From assembly GCA_038208945.1 (NCBI GenBank), contig JBBQYE010000001.1, positions 1-59,099 on the forward strand: a stretch of DNA of 59,099 nucleotides, in the 5' to 3' direction. A program made the position numbers and the translations under genes. Below, piece after piece: positions 1-10,502 of the stretch. The notes under the pieces are model-generated. The model saw only the letters and a program-made list of their open reading frames with translations. It was not told where the DNA came from and made no database searches. This DNA is from Leptolyngbyales cyanobacterium (lineage in GTDB: Bacteria > Cyanobacteriota > Cyanobacteriia > Leptolyngbyales > Leptolyngbyaceae). Position 1 is the first letter of the stretch. Each line of letters opens with the position of its first letter.

Positions 1-666
1 AAAGTCTTGGATCTCGCAGGCGCTGTGGTCAGTATTGATGCCATGGGATGCCAAACCGCAATAGCCGCGCAAATCGTTGCCCAGCAAGGAGACTATGTAT
101 TGGCGCTGAAAGGGAATCAGGGGAATTTACATCAAGATGTCAGACAACTGTTTAACCATGCTCAAACTCAGAATTTTCGAGACATCGAACATGACTTTCA
201 TGAAACGCAAGAGAAAGGACATGGACGACAGGAAAATCGTCGCTACTGGGTGATGGGACAAACAGAATTTTTGGTCGGTGCCGAGAACTGGGCGAAGTTA
301 ACGACGATTGGCTGTGTCGAATCCCAACGACAAATCGGGCACAAAATCACGAGCGAGAGGCGCTATTACTTGCTGAGTTTACCGCTGGATGCGAGACGAT
401 TCGCGGAGGCTGTGCGGGGTCACTGGGGGATTGAAAATCAACTGCATTGGATTCTCGATGTCGGCTTTCGAGAAGACGACTCGCGCGCCACGCAGGGCTA
501 TAGTGCGGAAAACTTAGCTGTCATTCGCCATCTGGTCGTTAATTTATTGACTCACGAGAAGACAGCGAAAGGGGGCACCCATGCCAAGCGGCTGAAGTCA
601 GGGTGGGATGATCACTACCTCACCAAGGTTTTGTCTCAAACCTCTGCACCTGCCCGCAAATTGTGA
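1..666 (+). mobile_element. ISAs1-family transposase, 5'-truncated by the window edge
   Basis: Motifs IDAMGCQ, DYVLALKGNQ, EKGHGR.E.R and RGHWGIENQLHW.LDV.FRED are typical of ISAs1 DDE transposases. Confidence 0.95.
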
Positions 667-667
667 A

Positions 668-890
668 GAATAGCCTGAAGAGTCAGACGAGCAGGAGGCT
701 GGTAAGTCGTTGCCTCTGCTTCAAAAGGGACAAGTTGAGCGCCCCCTTGCGGGTTACTCGAAGAGATCGCCGGATCAGTCGTCAGTCGCACAGTAGGCTG
801 AGGAGTTTGGGAGAATCCTACAGATCCATAAACAATCATACTCATCAAGCAAATCACGCTGATGGGTACAGAAATCTTCAATTTGGGCAT
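668..890 (-). pseudogene. Secreted/periplasmic protein of the B12-riboswitch unit, 3' part cut by the ISAs1 element
   Basis: ATG followed by a signal-peptide-like N-terminus (MPKLKISVPISVICLMSMIVYG); the frame runs into IS sequence after ...RLTLQAI. Confidence 0.6.
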
Positions 891-925
891 TTCTACTTCA
901 CTCTGTTAAGTTTGGGCTGTCGCCT

Positions 926-1117
926 CTAGTGACAAGAAACCGTCAGTGTGTGGTGACGGAGAGAATGCACTTTGTCATGCACAGCCGGATAGGTAGTGAA
1001 GTAAATAGTCCACAAAATGAGAGCGCAGAGCGAAACGTAAAGTGTGGCTTGCACAGGCGTAGATAGCGTGAAGCGAACCGCCTGTTGCTGAATAGAAGCA
1101 GTCGATCGAGTAATCAT
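926..1117 (-). CDS. cbtB: CbtB-domain small protein (cobalt transporter subunit-like)
   Basis: 63 aa, one TM helix, C-terminal HD..H..RH.....CH motif; lies directly behind a cobalamin riboswitch. Confidence 0.85.
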   Translation of the reverse strand: MITRSTASIQQQAVRFTLSTPVQATLYVSLCALILWTIYFTTYPAVHDKVHSLRHHTLTVSCH

Positions 1118-1193
1118 TCTGTACCTCGCAGATGAATCAAGAACGGATTCCGTTCAGGTTAATAGGCGCAATTCTTGCATTGCGCTGTGCGCG

Positions 1194-1335
1194 GATCGGC
1201 GGGCATCCTGGCTCCTCAAGCTGGATTTTGAGCACTCTCAACCCATTCTTGAATGACAGTTGCGGGACAGCGTTGGACTCACACCAAACTTTCCCCTTTA
1301 CGTCTGATGACTGGTCTTCATCAGAACCGATCGAG
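1194..1335 (-). promoter_or_regulatory. Cobalamin (B12) riboswitch
   Basis: Minus strand has AAAGGGGAAAGTTTGGTGTGAGTCCAACGCTGTCCCGCAACTGT and the B12 box GAGCCAGGATGCCCGCC. Confidence 0.93.
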
Positions 1336-1524
1336 CATTCAAACTATGTCACCTTAAGGCAGAACTAGCAATGGATATGAAGCCTTGATTATTCTCTAAG
1401 CACCGCTTTGCTTGAGCCGCAAGCTATGCTGGGCGTTCTTGCGTTTAGAGATCCTTAAGGCAAGCTGGCAACCGCTTCAATCAGATTAAGGTTAGAGTAG
1501 GGCGATACAGAGCGATCGAGATTT

Positions 1525-2721
1525 ATGATTCTCTCCTTTAAGCAATTAGCGATCGGCACTTCACTGCTAGCGATTGGGGGAGGTGCTGCCCTGATTAGTA
1601 GTCACTACAACGATCGACTCAGCAGCAGTTCGCCGTCTGGGTTGCCCCTTCTTGCCAACCAATCGACCAAGATTGCCGTCTCAGATAGCGCGACCAACAA
1701 CTCAAACTTCATTGCGGTCGCCGTCGAAAAAGTTGGACCTGCTGTCGTCAGAATTGACTCTGCCCGACGAGTCAACAGTCAGGTTCCTGATGCTTTACGC
1801 AACCCCTTATTTAAGCGGTTTTTTGGCGACCAACTTCCTGCCCCTGAAGATCGGGTCGAACGGGGCACGGGGTCAGGGTTTATTGTCAGCGCAGATGGTC
1901 GTCTCGTCACGAACGCCCATGTGGTTTCGGGATCAGATACCGTTGAGGTCAAGCTCAAAGATGGGCGCACCTTTGAAGGAAAAGTGGTGGGGATCGATCC
2001 GGTGACAGATGTTGCAGCCGTGAAAATCAACGCCACTAATCTGCCTAGCGTCCAGTTAGGAAACTCCTCGACGTTGCTGCCGGGGCAGTGGGCGATCGCC
2101 ATTGGCAACCCGTTTGGACTCGATAACACCGTGACAGCAGGCATCATTAGCGCCCTCGATCGCTCCAGTTCTCAAGTGGGCGTGCCTGATAAGCGGGTCA
2201 GCTTTATTCAAACCGATGCAGCGATTAATCCGGGCAACTCTGGCGGACCATTGTTGAACGATCGCGGCGAGGTGATCGGCATCAACACCGCAATTCGGGC
2301 AGATGCTCAGGGGTTGGGGTTTGCCATTCCGATCGAGACCGCGAGACGAGTCGTTGAGCAGCTATTTAGCAAAGGTCGAGTTGAGCATCCGTTTTTAGGA
2401 ATTCAGATGGTCGATTTGACTCCAACAATCAGAGATGAGATCAATAAAGACCAAGGAACTCAGGTTAACGTCAGTCAAGATCGAGGGGTCTATGTTGCAC
2501 GGGTGTTAGACAATTCTCCTGCCGCTCAGGGTGGAATGCAGCAGGGAGATGTGATTCAGAAAATCAACGGCGCTCAGGTCAAGGTCGCTTCTGATGTGCA
2601 AGCTCAAGTAGAATCTAGCTCGATCGGCACGCCGCTAGAAGTTGAAGTTATTCGCGGCAATCAAACTAAGACGATTCGTGTACGTCCAGGCGCGTTTCCA
2701 ACTAATCGGGCTGACCAGTAA
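1525..2721 (+). CDS. HtrA/HhoA/HhoB-family serine protease with PDZ domain
   Basis: TNAHVV, TDVA and INPGNSGGPL triad motifs; C-terminal PDZ. Confidence 0.95.
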   Translation: MILSFKQLAIGTSLLAIGGGAALISSHYNDRLSSSSPSGLPLLANQSTKIAVSDSATNNSNFIAVAVEKVGPAVVRIDSARRVNSQVPDALRNPLFKRFFGDQLPAPEDRVERGTGSGFIVSADGRLVTNAHVVSGSDTVEVKLKDGRTFEGKVVGIDPVTDVAAVKINATNLPSVQLGNSSTLLPGQWAIAIGNPFGLDNTVTAGIISALDRSSSQVGVPDKRVSFIQTDAAINPGNSGGPLLNDRGEVIGINTAIRADAQGLGFAIPIETARRVVEQLFSKGRVEHPFLGIQMVDLTPTIRDEINKDQGTQVNVSQDRGVYVARVLDNSPAAQGGMQQGDVIQKINGAQVKVASDVQAQVESSSIGTPLEVEVIRGNQTKTIRVRPGAFPTNRADQ

Positions 2722-2736
2722 CAGCATCAAGACTGC

Positions 2737-3072
2737 TTACTCGATTTCTTCTTGGATTCCTGATAGGTCTTCTAGCTCCATACGTTGCTCCATCTGCCGC
2801 AAAAAGTAGCCCGTTAGCATCGCAGACCCTAGCAACCCAGCTAAGCTCTCTCGATCGGTGGCAATCTTCACTCCAAACCCTTCAGAGGGTAAAGCTCCTA
2901 GCAACCCCTGCACGTTGTGGGAAATAATCTGCTTGACTCTGGGGCTGACCGATCGAGCCACTCGGTCTAAGACTTCTGGCGGCTGGTGCTGAAGATAGTT
3001 GAGAAGTGCCTCTACATCATCCGCCTCGTCATCAGTTTGGAGGAAATTCGCGCCGTCAGGGTTAAATACCAT
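2737..3072 (-). CDS. DUF760-domain protein
   Basis: LLNYLQHQPPEVL...NVQGLLG.LP...LAGLL.SAM.TGYFLRQME.R pattern; start placed at MVFNPD. Confidence 0.85.
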   Translation of the reverse strand: MVFNPDGANFLQTDDEADDVEALLNYLQHQPPEVLDRVARSVSPRVKQIISHNVQGLLGALPSEGFGVKIATDRESLAGLLGSAMLTGYFLRQMEQRMELEDLSGIQEEIE

Positions 3073-3171
3073 AGAGTTGTATAGATACTGATTGCACCAT
3101 TCTGACATTTCTTTTTTAAGGTGTACCTACCTCCTTTTAGAGAGAGATTTATTCTTCAGCAAGTAGATGGA

Positions 3172-3280
3172 ATGAACGGTCAGACGTGTTTCGGCTCTGC
3201 TCAACGCTCAACACTAGAATTTCCAGCAGCTTGAGCGGAGCCGAAACCCATCCCCACAAGTTGACTTTGATTGCGTCTTG
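3172..3280 (+). repeat. Dispersed palindromic repeat / MITE-like family, copy 1
   Basis: GTTTCGGCTCTGCTCAA...TTGAGCGGAGCCGAAAC stem; similar to 51538-51690 (inverted) and 54820-54920. Confidence 0.85.
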
Positions 3281-3281
3281 T

Positions 3282-4571
3282 TTACTGACCCAAAAGATCA
3301 ATCGCAGCGGCAGGACCCAAAACAGAGACGTAAGGTTCAACAAAGCAACGGGTTGCTGCTTCTTGAGCCATCTCTGAGGTCACCGCCGCGACTTCTTGCT
3401 GAAAGCGCGTGTCAAACTCGACCCCTAACCCGATCGTTTCATACCAGCCAAAAATTTGAGCAAGCTGAGAGTTAGTTTGCTTGCCTAACGCATATTGCCC
3501 CAGCATCTTGTTTTGAGACGACTGCAATTCTTCAGGGTTAAGCGGGGTCGATCGGAGTCGATCGACTTCAGTTTGCAGACCGTCTAGAGCGATCGTGGTG
3601 TTTTCAGGAGCCGTGCCCATATAAACGACGAACTGCGACGCATCTAGTCGCGTTGGATAGAAGGCGGACACTTCATAGGCGAGTCCTCGCTTTTCTCGCA
3701 GTTCGACAAAGAGACGACTGGAAAGCCCGTTGCCGAGATAGGTATTGAGCAACTTCAGCGCTGTGTAGTCCGATAAATCAAGAGCGTTAGCATTCACCGA
3801 CGGAGCCAGATAGCCCAACATCACGATCGACTGCTGCGTCTCTTGAGTCTTGATCACCCTGTGGGGATTTGACGAAATTGCAGCCAAGTTTAAAGTCGGC
3901 AGAGGATTTGACAGAGCTTGCCAATCGCCCAAAACGTTCTCGATTTGAGCCACTGCTTCGTCTGGAGCAATTCGACCCGCCACACTAATTACCAGATTGT
4001 CAGGGCGGAAATAGGTTTGATGATAGTGCTGTAAATCGTGCCGAGACAACTGAGCGACCGTTTCTGCGGTGCCCAACCCCGAAAAGGCGTAAGGATGCTG
4101 CCCATACATGGCAGAGCGTAGACCATCGAGTGCCACGGTGAAGGGCTGCTCTTGCTGAGAACGAATCGCTTGCAGCGTCAGACGACGTTCTAACTCGACT
4201 TCATCTTCGGGAAAGGTAGGCGATCGCAGCACGTCACCTGCCAGCGCCAATATCTCTGGAAAGTCAGCCGAGACGCTTTTTAAGCTCAACAAAAAGTAGT
4301 AAGAAGCCGAATTTGTACCGAGACCTGCCCCCACTGACTCGACGCGCTCGGCAATGTCTAGAGACGAAAAACGCTCCGTTCCTTTAGGCAAAACGGCAGA
4401 AACCAGATGCGATAACCCTGCCTGGTGCGAAGGTTCCCATCGACTTCCTGCTCGAATGAAGAGACGCGCCGCAATGATGTCAGCCGAAGGATTTTCAACC
4501 ACCAGAACCACGATGCCATTCTTTAAAACGGTGCGGTGGATCTGACGATTTTGGATTGTATTAGAAGTCAC
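3282..4571 (-). CDS. M16 (pitrilysin) peptidase, non-catalytic subunit
   Basis: M16 family motifs, lacks HXXEH (has HLVSA), SSRLFVELREKRGLAY motif. Confidence 0.9.
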   Translation of the reverse strand: MTSNTIQNRQIHRTVLKNGIVVLVVENPSADIIAARLFIRAGSRWEPSHQAGLSHLVSAVLPKGTERFSSLDIAERVESVGAGLGTNSASYYFLLSLKSVSADFPEILALAGDVLRSPTFPEDEVELERRLTLQAIRSQQEQPFTVALDGLRSAMYGQHPYAFSGLGTAETVAQLSRHDLQHYHQTYFRPDNLVISVAGRIAPDEAVAQIENVLGDWQALSNPLPTLNLAAISSNPHRVIKTQETQQSIVMLGYLAPSVNANALDLSDYTALKLLNTYLGNGLSSRLFVELREKRGLAYEVSAFYPTRLDASQFVVYMGTAPENTTIALDGLQTEVDRLRSTPLNPEELQSSQNKMLGQYALGKQTNSQLAQIFGWYETIGLGVEFDTRFQQEVAAVTSEMAQEAATRCFVEPYVSVLGPAAAIDLLGQ

Positions 4572-4603
4572 AAGAGGGAGTCCTTAACAGGGGTGGGGTC
4601 TTT

Positions 4604-5887
4604 TTAGAGCGGCTTCATCACGATCGCCGCATAGTGATAGGGCGAAAGATATTGACTCGCCAAGTTTCGCAGGTCTTCAGCGCTGAAGGCTTGAATGCGC
4701 TGAGGATAGGCGACCGATAGCTCTGCCTGGGCGATCGTGTGATAGTAGCCATAAAGCCCCGCCAGTTGACCTGGTGTTTCGGTCGAGAAGGCATAATCGT
4801 TGCACAAAAGGCGTTTGCTGCGCGCTAGTTCGACTTCACTGACGAGAGTCGTCATCAAGGCAGAGAGGCGATCGCAGATCAGTGCTTCCACTCGCTCGAT
4901 ATTTTCTGGCTCTAGCCACGCGGTGATGGTAAACAGACTCGATTCTCGCTGCATTGAAAAGCTGCTGCCGACTGCCTGCACCAGTTGCCGATCTTCCCGC
5001 AGTTCTTGCACGAGTCGAGCCGATTGACTTTCTGCCAACAGCACCGAGATCAGATCCAATCCGTAGGCGTTTTGCAGCGGGTCGTCATCCACTCCTGGAG
5101 CCAGCCACGCCATCATCAGTCGAGCTTGCTCGAGGCGAGGCAACCGTAGTTCTTGGCGACGAATGCCCACGATCGGCGGTTCGGCTTCTGGCTCTAAACG
5201 GGGACAAATGCTCGGAGATGGAAACGCGGGGAACGATCGCTCAACCCACTTCACCGCGTCATCGTGATCGACATCTCCAACAATCACCACGGTCATATTG
5301 TGGGGTTGATAGTGAGCGCGATGGAAGCGGCGCATCTCGTCGGGAGATCGCGGCATCAAACTGTCTTCGGTGCCTAAAATCGGTCGTCCATAAGGATGAC
5401 GTTGATAAACGCTCTCTGCCAATGCCTGAAATGCGATGCAGTCTGGATCGTCGTAAGATTGCCGAATCTCTTCGAGGACAACATCGCGCTCTCGATCGAA
5501 CTCATCATCAGGAATTGCCGCATTTAACAGCAATTCTCCCAAATAGGGCAGAGTGTCACCGAGATATTGAGAGGCTGTCGTCATGAAAAAGTGGGCATAG
5601 TCATAGCTGGTTGCAGCATTGGTCACGCCTCCCCGATTTTCAATCACTTTGTCAAAGCTGCCCGGAGGAAGCCGATCGGTGCCCTTAAAAATCATGTGTT
5701 CTAAAAAGTGCGCCATGCCTGACCACTCATCAGGCTCAACGATCGCACCCGCTTTGACCCACACATCAACTGCTGCAACTCCAGTAGCAGGAACCTGTTG
5801 ATGAATGAACGTCAACCCACTCTCTAGCTTGAGGATCTTGGCTGGAAAGGGAACGATGGCAGACCGTGATAACTGATTTAAGTTCAA
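4604..5887 (-). CDS. M16 (pitrilysin) zinc peptidase, catalytic subunit
   Basis: HFLEHMIFKGT inverted zinc-binding motif. Confidence 0.93.
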   Translation of the reverse strand: MNLNQLSRSAIVPFPAKILKLESGLTFIHQQVPATGVAAVDVWVKAGAIVEPDEWSGMAHFLEHMIFKGTDRLPPGSFDKVIENRGGVTNAATSYDYAHFFMTTASQYLGDTLPYLGELLLNAAIPDDEFDRERDVVLEEIRQSYDDPDCIAFQALAESVYQRHPYGRPILGTEDSLMPRSPDEMRRFHRAHYQPHNMTVVIVGDVDHDDAVKWVERSFPAFPSPSICPRLEPEAEPPIVGIRRQELRLPRLEQARLMMAWLAPGVDDDPLQNAYGLDLISVLLAESQSARLVQELREDRQLVQAVGSSFSMQRESSLFTITAWLEPENIERVEALICDRLSALMTTLVSEVELARSKRLLCNDYAFSTETPGQLAGLYGYYHTIAQAELSVAYPQRIQAFSAEDLRNLASQYLSPYHYAAIVMKPL

Positions 5888-6125
5888 GATTCAGTTCCGA
5901 CCCAGTGGATTGTTTAACTAAATAAAAATAATGCTGACTCTGTTGTGCTATTTCTTGATAGAAAAAAGAACACAAACTGTCAATTTGCTGACACTTCAGC
6001 CTCTGTATTCTAGACCAATTAGCTCAAGAGTTAAGCGGCTCTCTCTCACGTCAAATAAAGGCAAGTACCAAGTGTTATAAAATTATCACATTAATAGTTC
6101 TAGGATTTTGCTGAAAGCTTTCAAC

Positions 6126-6154
6126 AAAAATTCCCCGCTAATTTAGCAAGGGAA
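6126..6154 (-). terminator. Intrinsic terminator of the 6S RNA
   Basis: Minus strand reads TTCCCTTGCTAAATTAGCGGGGAA followed by TTTTT. Confidence 0.7.
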
Positions 6155-6166
6155 GCCATTCGATAG

Positions 6167-6352
6167 AAGTTCACCGCAACGCCGTTTTACCTCAGTTTTT
6201 GACCTGGTGCGAGACCAGGTGGGAGTCGATCGTCGGACTTAAAGTTTCCGGGTACAAGCCCGGTCTACTGCTGCCAGACGTAATTAGATTCCCTTATTGA
6301 AAAGCAAGATCATAAAACATTATTGGCAGTCACCAACGCCGCAGTGAACTTT
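6167..6352 (-). ncRNA. ssrS: 6S RNA (SsaA/SsrS)
   Basis: About 186-nt rod with complementary ends (AAGTTCACTGCGGCG...GGCGTTGCGGTGAACTT); cyanobacterial 6S-like motifs GACCGGGCTTGTACCCGGAA and CTCCCACCTGGT...ACCAGGT; TACAAT -10 box just upstream. Confidence 0.9.
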
Positions 6353-6448
6353 CCTCATTGTAATGGCTGGGGGAGTGAATGGGCATCAAACAGCCAATTT
6401 ATCGCTGTAGCCGACTGGATTAGAACATGGCTGCACGTGAACCCGCCG

Positions 6449-6478
6449 CCTGAACAAGGGGCTTAAGCCCCTTGTTCT
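6449..6478. repeat. REP-like perfect palindrome AACAAGGGGCTTAAGCCCCTTGTT
   Basis: 24-bp perfect palindrome inside a small element bounded by TTAGAACA / TGTTCTAA. Confidence 0.75.
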
Positions 6479-6569
6479 AACCTGACTAGCGATCGCCATA
6501 ATAGAGTCGTTGGGACGTTCTCTTTCTCAACACAGTGCAGAGTTGCCTTGACAGAAGGGTGAGAGATTC

Positions 6570-7253
6570 TTACTCGCCGCCCCCAAATCGATAGCCTTTG
6601 CCATATACGGTTGAGATTAAAGGGGGTTCTCCTTCAGACTCAATCTTGCGACGCAGTAAGCGAATCTGAGCGGCGAGTGCATTACTCAATGGCTTTTCGC
6701 CATCGCTCCAGAGATGTTGAAAAATCTGATCGTGGGTCAGCAGTTGATTGGGCTGGCGCATGAAATGTTCCAGCAGTTGACTTTCTTTTTCAGAAAGCTC
6801 GATCGCCCGTCCTTTGCGATAAGCGATTTGATTTTGAGAATCTAGCTCTAGATCATCGACGCGGAGCCGCAAATCAGGAGCAGATTCTAACGTCGCAGGA
6901 CGACGCAGTAAGGCTCTGACTCGTGCCAATAATTCTCTTAGCTCAAAGGGCTTGATTAGATAGTCGTCGGCTCCAGCGTCGAGTCCCTGCACGCGATCGT
7001 CGATCGTGTCTTTAGCGGTCAAAAACAAAACTGGGGTGGTGTCACCGTGCGATCGCAGCCGTTGACAAAGATCGAGTCCTGACTCGTGGGGCAACATCCA
7101 ATCTAAAATGAGCAAGTCATAGCGATTTTGCTCGACCAGCAGCGCCCCTTGACGACCATCATGCGCTACATCCACGACGTAACCCTCTCGCATCAATAAG
7201 CGACTGAGCGGGTCAGCCATTTCGATTTCGTCATCGACCAAGAGAATCTGCAT
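6570..7253 (-). CDS. rppA: OmpR-family response regulator (RppA-like)
   Basis: REC domain (LLVDDE, LDWMLP, KPF) plus wHTH (TVYGKGYRF); divergent from hisG; the symbol is a tentative recall. Confidence 0.75.
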   Translation of the reverse strand: MQILLVDDEIEMADPLSRLLMREGYVVDVAHDGRQGALLVEQNRYDLLILDWMLPHESGLDLCQRLRSHGDTTPVLFLTAKDTIDDRVQGLDAGADDYLIKPFELRELLARVRALLRRPATLESAPDLRLRVDDLELDSQNQIAYRKGRAIELSEKESQLLEHFMRQPNQLLTHDQIFQHLWSDGEKPLSNALAAQIRLLRRKIESEGEPPLISTVYGKGYRFGGGE

Positions 7254-7354
7254 AAGAGGTGAAAGATGAGGGATGAATTAGGCTGTGAGTCGCTCAACCT
7301 TCTATTCTTTATATTTAAGACTGATTTCAATCCTTTTCGTCACCTATCCTTCCC

Positions 7355-8008
7355 ATGATCACCGTCGCATTACCCAAAGGTGCTTTGCTCAAAGACAGCA
7401 TTCGACTGCTGCAAGCGATCGGGCTTGACTTTAGCGCATTTCTAGAGCCGGGCAACCGTCAACTGCAAATCACCGATCCCACAAACACCGCAAAAGCACT
7501 GCTGGTTAGAAACTCTGATGTATCGGTCTACGTCGAATATGGACAGGCGCAGTTGGGCGTAGTCGGCTATGATGTGCTGCGCGAGAAAAGTGCCAATGTT
7601 GCTCAATTAGTCGATTTGGGGTTTGGGCATTGCCGCATGTCAGTCGCAGTCAAGGCATCAAGTCCTTATCGATCGAGCCTCGAACTTCCGCTCAACGGTC
7701 GAGTCGCCTCTAAATGTGGTCGCTGTGCTTACGATTATTGTCAGAGTTTAGATCTGCCTGTGGAGATTATTCCGCTCGCTGGCTCGGTGGAGTTGGGTCC
7801 GATCACAGGGATGTCTGAAGCGATCGTCGATTTAGTCGCCACGGGCAATACGCTGCGCGAAAACGGTCTGATTGAAATCGATGTGCTGTTTCAAAGTACG
7901 GCTCGGTTGATCGCGCACCCTCTCAGCTATCGCCTTGACACCGACGGGCTGTACAACTGCGTTAAGCAGATTCGTCAGCAGGTGAGTCAACCCGTGTCGA
8001 ATGTCTGA
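7355..8008 (+). CDS. hisG: ATP phosphoribosyltransferase, short form
   Basis: ALPKG and GSVELGP..G..EAIVDLV.TG.TLRENGL motifs; 217 aa. Confidence 0.97.
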   Translation: MITVALPKGALLKDSIRLLQAIGLDFSAFLEPGNRQLQITDPTNTAKALLVRNSDVSVYVEYGQAQLGVVGYDVLREKSANVAQLVDLGFGHCRMSVAVKASSPYRSSLELPLNGRVASKCGRCAYDYCQSLDLPVEIIPLAGSVELGPITGMSEAIVDLVATGNTLRENGLIEIDVLFQSTARLIAHPLSYRLDTDGLYNCVKQIRQQVSQPVSNV

Positions 8009-8079
8009 TTTTCGTTAAGCTTAAGCAACTGTCTTCCCTGGGCTTGTGCGATCGTGCCGCAAGCTTTTATCCAACCATC

Positions 8080-9930
8080 ATGACTCACTCTCTCGCTGAT
8101 CGCCCCGATCGCCGCCCTAAAGAAACCGATTGGCGACTTTTTTTGCGGCTGGTTCCCTACGCTAAAAAGAATATGCGGCTGCTGCTGCTGTCGATGGTGT
8201 TTTTGGTGCCATCGGCGATCGCTAACGCCCTTCAGCCGATTTTGATCGGTCAGACCGTCTCGCTGCTCAAACGTGAGTCTACTAGCCTGGGCTTTTTTGG
8301 CGTTCAGCTTGACTTTCTCAAAGGTCGATCGCTGACCGACGGACTCAATTTTGTGGCGAGTTTGCTGTTAGCCACGATTTTGACTCGACTGATTTTAGAC
8401 GGCACTCAGAGCTATCTCGTGCAAAAAGTCGGGCAACGCATTACCGCAGGCATCCGCAGCGATTTGTTTGATCATGTCACGTCGTTGGCGGTTCGGTTTT
8501 TCGATCGCACTCCCGTAGGACGCTTGATCACTCGCCTCACTAGCGATGTCGAAGCGCTGGGAGAAGTCTTCTCGACAGGCGCGATCGGGGTCGTCAATGA
8601 CTTGTTTTCGATCCTTGTGATCGCGGTGATTATGTTTGCTCGGCAGTGGCAACTGGCAACTCTGCTCGTGCTGATGCTGTTACCCGTGACGGGGCTGATT
8701 ATTTATTTTCAGCAGCAATATCGCAAAGCGAACTATAAAGCGAGAGAAGAATTATCTTCGCTCAACTCGATGTTACAAGAGAATATTACGGGGATCGGAG
8801 TCGTTCAGCTATTTCGACGTGAGCAATTTAATGGCGAATTATTTCGCACAGTGAACAAGCGCTACATTCACGAGGTCGATCGGACGATTTTTCACGATTC
8901 TGCGGTGTCCGCCACCCTGGAATGGATTTCTCTCGTCGCGATTTCGGGGGTTTTGGGCGTTGGCGGCTGGCTCGTGATGAATCGACAACTCGATTTTGGG
9001 CTGCTGTCTACGTTCATTTTGTTTGCTCAACGTTTGTTTGATCCGCTGCGTCAGTTTGCTGAGAAATTCACCGCAATTCAAGCTGGGTTCACGGCAGTCG
9101 AGCGGGTCAGCGACATTATGAACGAACCGATCGAGATCCGCGATCCCGAAAAAGCGCACGAGAGTAAGGGAGCTAACTTAATGCTCAAAACGCCTGATGC
9201 TCCCGGCGAGATTCGATTTGAGCACGTTTGGTTTGCCTACAAGCAAGATGACTATGTTCTCAAAGATTTAGATTTCACGATTCGCCCTGGTGAGAAAGTC
9301 GCTTTGGTTGGACCCACCGGAGCCGGAAAAAGCTCGATCATTCGCCTGTTAAGTCGCCTCTATGAGCCAACCAACGGGCGAATTTTACTTGATGGTATTG
9401 ATATCCGCCAACTGCCCCAAGCAGAACTGCGGCGACGGATGGCAATCGTTTTGCAAGACGGGTTCTTATTTGCTGGAGATGTCAAGAGCAACATCACCCT
9501 GGGGGAAACCTATACCTTTGATGAGATTCGAGCGGCGGCTGAAAACACCAACGTGGCAAGTTTGATCGAGCAGTTGCCCCAAGGCTACAACACGCTGCTG
9601 CGTGAGCGGGGCACCAACCTGTCTGGCGGACAAAAACAACTGCTGGCGTTTGCCCGCGCTGCAATTCGCGATCCCCAGATCTTAGTCCTTGATGAAGCGA
9701 CAGCCAACCTAGATGTAGGCACTGAATCGCTGATTCAAGAAGCCCTAGAACGGTTGTTAGAAGCCCGTACCGCGATTATTATTGCTCACCGACTGTCGAC
9801 GATTCGGAATGTCGATCGCATCTTAGTTCTCAAGCGAGGGCAGCTTGTCGAGTCAGGCAGTCACGACGCGTTACTAAGCCAAGGCGGACTTTACGCGAGT
9901 CTCTACCAACTACAAATGTTAGAAGGCTAG
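8080..9930 (+). CDS. ABC exporter, fused permease/ATPase (MsbA/MdlB-like)
   Basis: TM domain plus GPTGAGKS, LSGGQKQ and ILVLDEATA. Confidence 0.95.
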   Translation: MTHSLADRPDRRPKETDWRLFLRLVPYAKKNMRLLLLSMVFLVPSAIANALQPILIGQTVSLLKRESTSLGFFGVQLDFLKGRSLTDGLNFVASLLLATILTRLILDGTQSYLVQKVGQRITAGIRSDLFDHVTSLAVRFFDRTPVGRLITRLTSDVEALGEVFSTGAIGVVNDLFSILVIAVIMFARQWQLATLLVLMLLPVTGLIIYFQQQYRKANYKAREELSSLNSMLQENITGIGVVQLFRREQFNGELFRTVNKRYIHEVDRTIFHDSAVSATLEWISLVAISGVLGVGGWLVMNRQLDFGLLSTFILFAQRLFDPLRQFAEKFTAIQAGFTAVERVSDIMNEPIEIRDPEKAHESKGANLMLKTPDAPGEIRFEHVWFAYKQDDYVLKDLDFTIRPGEKVALVGPTGAGKSSIIRLLSRLYEPTNGRILLDGIDIRQLPQAELRRRMAIVLQDGFLFAGDVKSNITLGETYTFDEIRAAAENTNVASLIEQLPQGYNTLLRERGTNLSGGQKQLLAFARAAIRDPQILVLDEATANLDVGTESLIQEALERLLEARTAIIIAHRLSTIRNVDRILVLKRGQLVESGSHDALLSQGGLYASLYQLQMLEG

Positions 9931-9948
9931 TTCTTTTTTGGATCATTT

Positions 9949-10206
9949 CTAACCCTGCTCTTTTGCCTGCATGAATTGCTCAATATCTGCCACGGCTTGC
10001 TCTAACGTGTCGAGAGTGATGACTACGGGAGCCTCAGCGGGCTTATCAACCACCGCTTCAATGACTTCCGACGCAGGAGGTGCGGCGTGACCTGCTTCAG
10101 AGCAGAGGGTTTCTTGCAGTTTATCAAGTGACTCAATAAATGCTCTCGCTGCGGCACGTCGCGCGTCTTGCTGTTGCAGATCCATCATGCTTGACTCCAA
10201 ATTCAA
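9949..10206 (-). CDS. Hypothetical cyanobacterial protein
   Basis: RRAAARAFIESL.KL...LEQAVADIEQF pattern; real start may be the ATG near 10188. Confidence 0.7.
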   Translation of the reverse strand: MNLESSMMDLQQQDARRAAARAFIESLDKLQETLCSEAGHAAPPASEVIEAVVDKPAEAPVVITLDTLEQAVADIEQFMQAKEQG

Positions 10207-10502
10207 GGATCAAAACCCTAGACTGTTTGGGCTTCAAAGATAGTCAGCTATCACAAAGCGATCGCCGACTCAGCCTTCAGGTTTTGTTGATCACGGTTTC
10301 ATCGGGCATCTATCCAGATCAGAATGCCCAATCTAAACTAAATCGTTTCATTACGATTCAGACTTCGCTGTTGATAATAACTTCATACCGCTTCGTTGTC
10401 TTCAAAACTGACTTCTTTCGAGCACTCTCGTTTGAAAGGTTGTCTGATCCACCCTCAGCAGACGAAAATAAATAAAGCAACCACCAGCACCGGGAGGCAG
10501 AT

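Noticed and set aside
1132-1368. 78-aa plus-strand ORF
   Set aside because: Antisense to the cobalamin riboswitch and has no protein features.
4954-5586. 210-aa plus-strand ORF and similar antisense or alternate-frame ORFs (e.g. 25351-25881, 20175-20633, 58180-58548)
   Set aside because: Shadow frames of well-supported genes.
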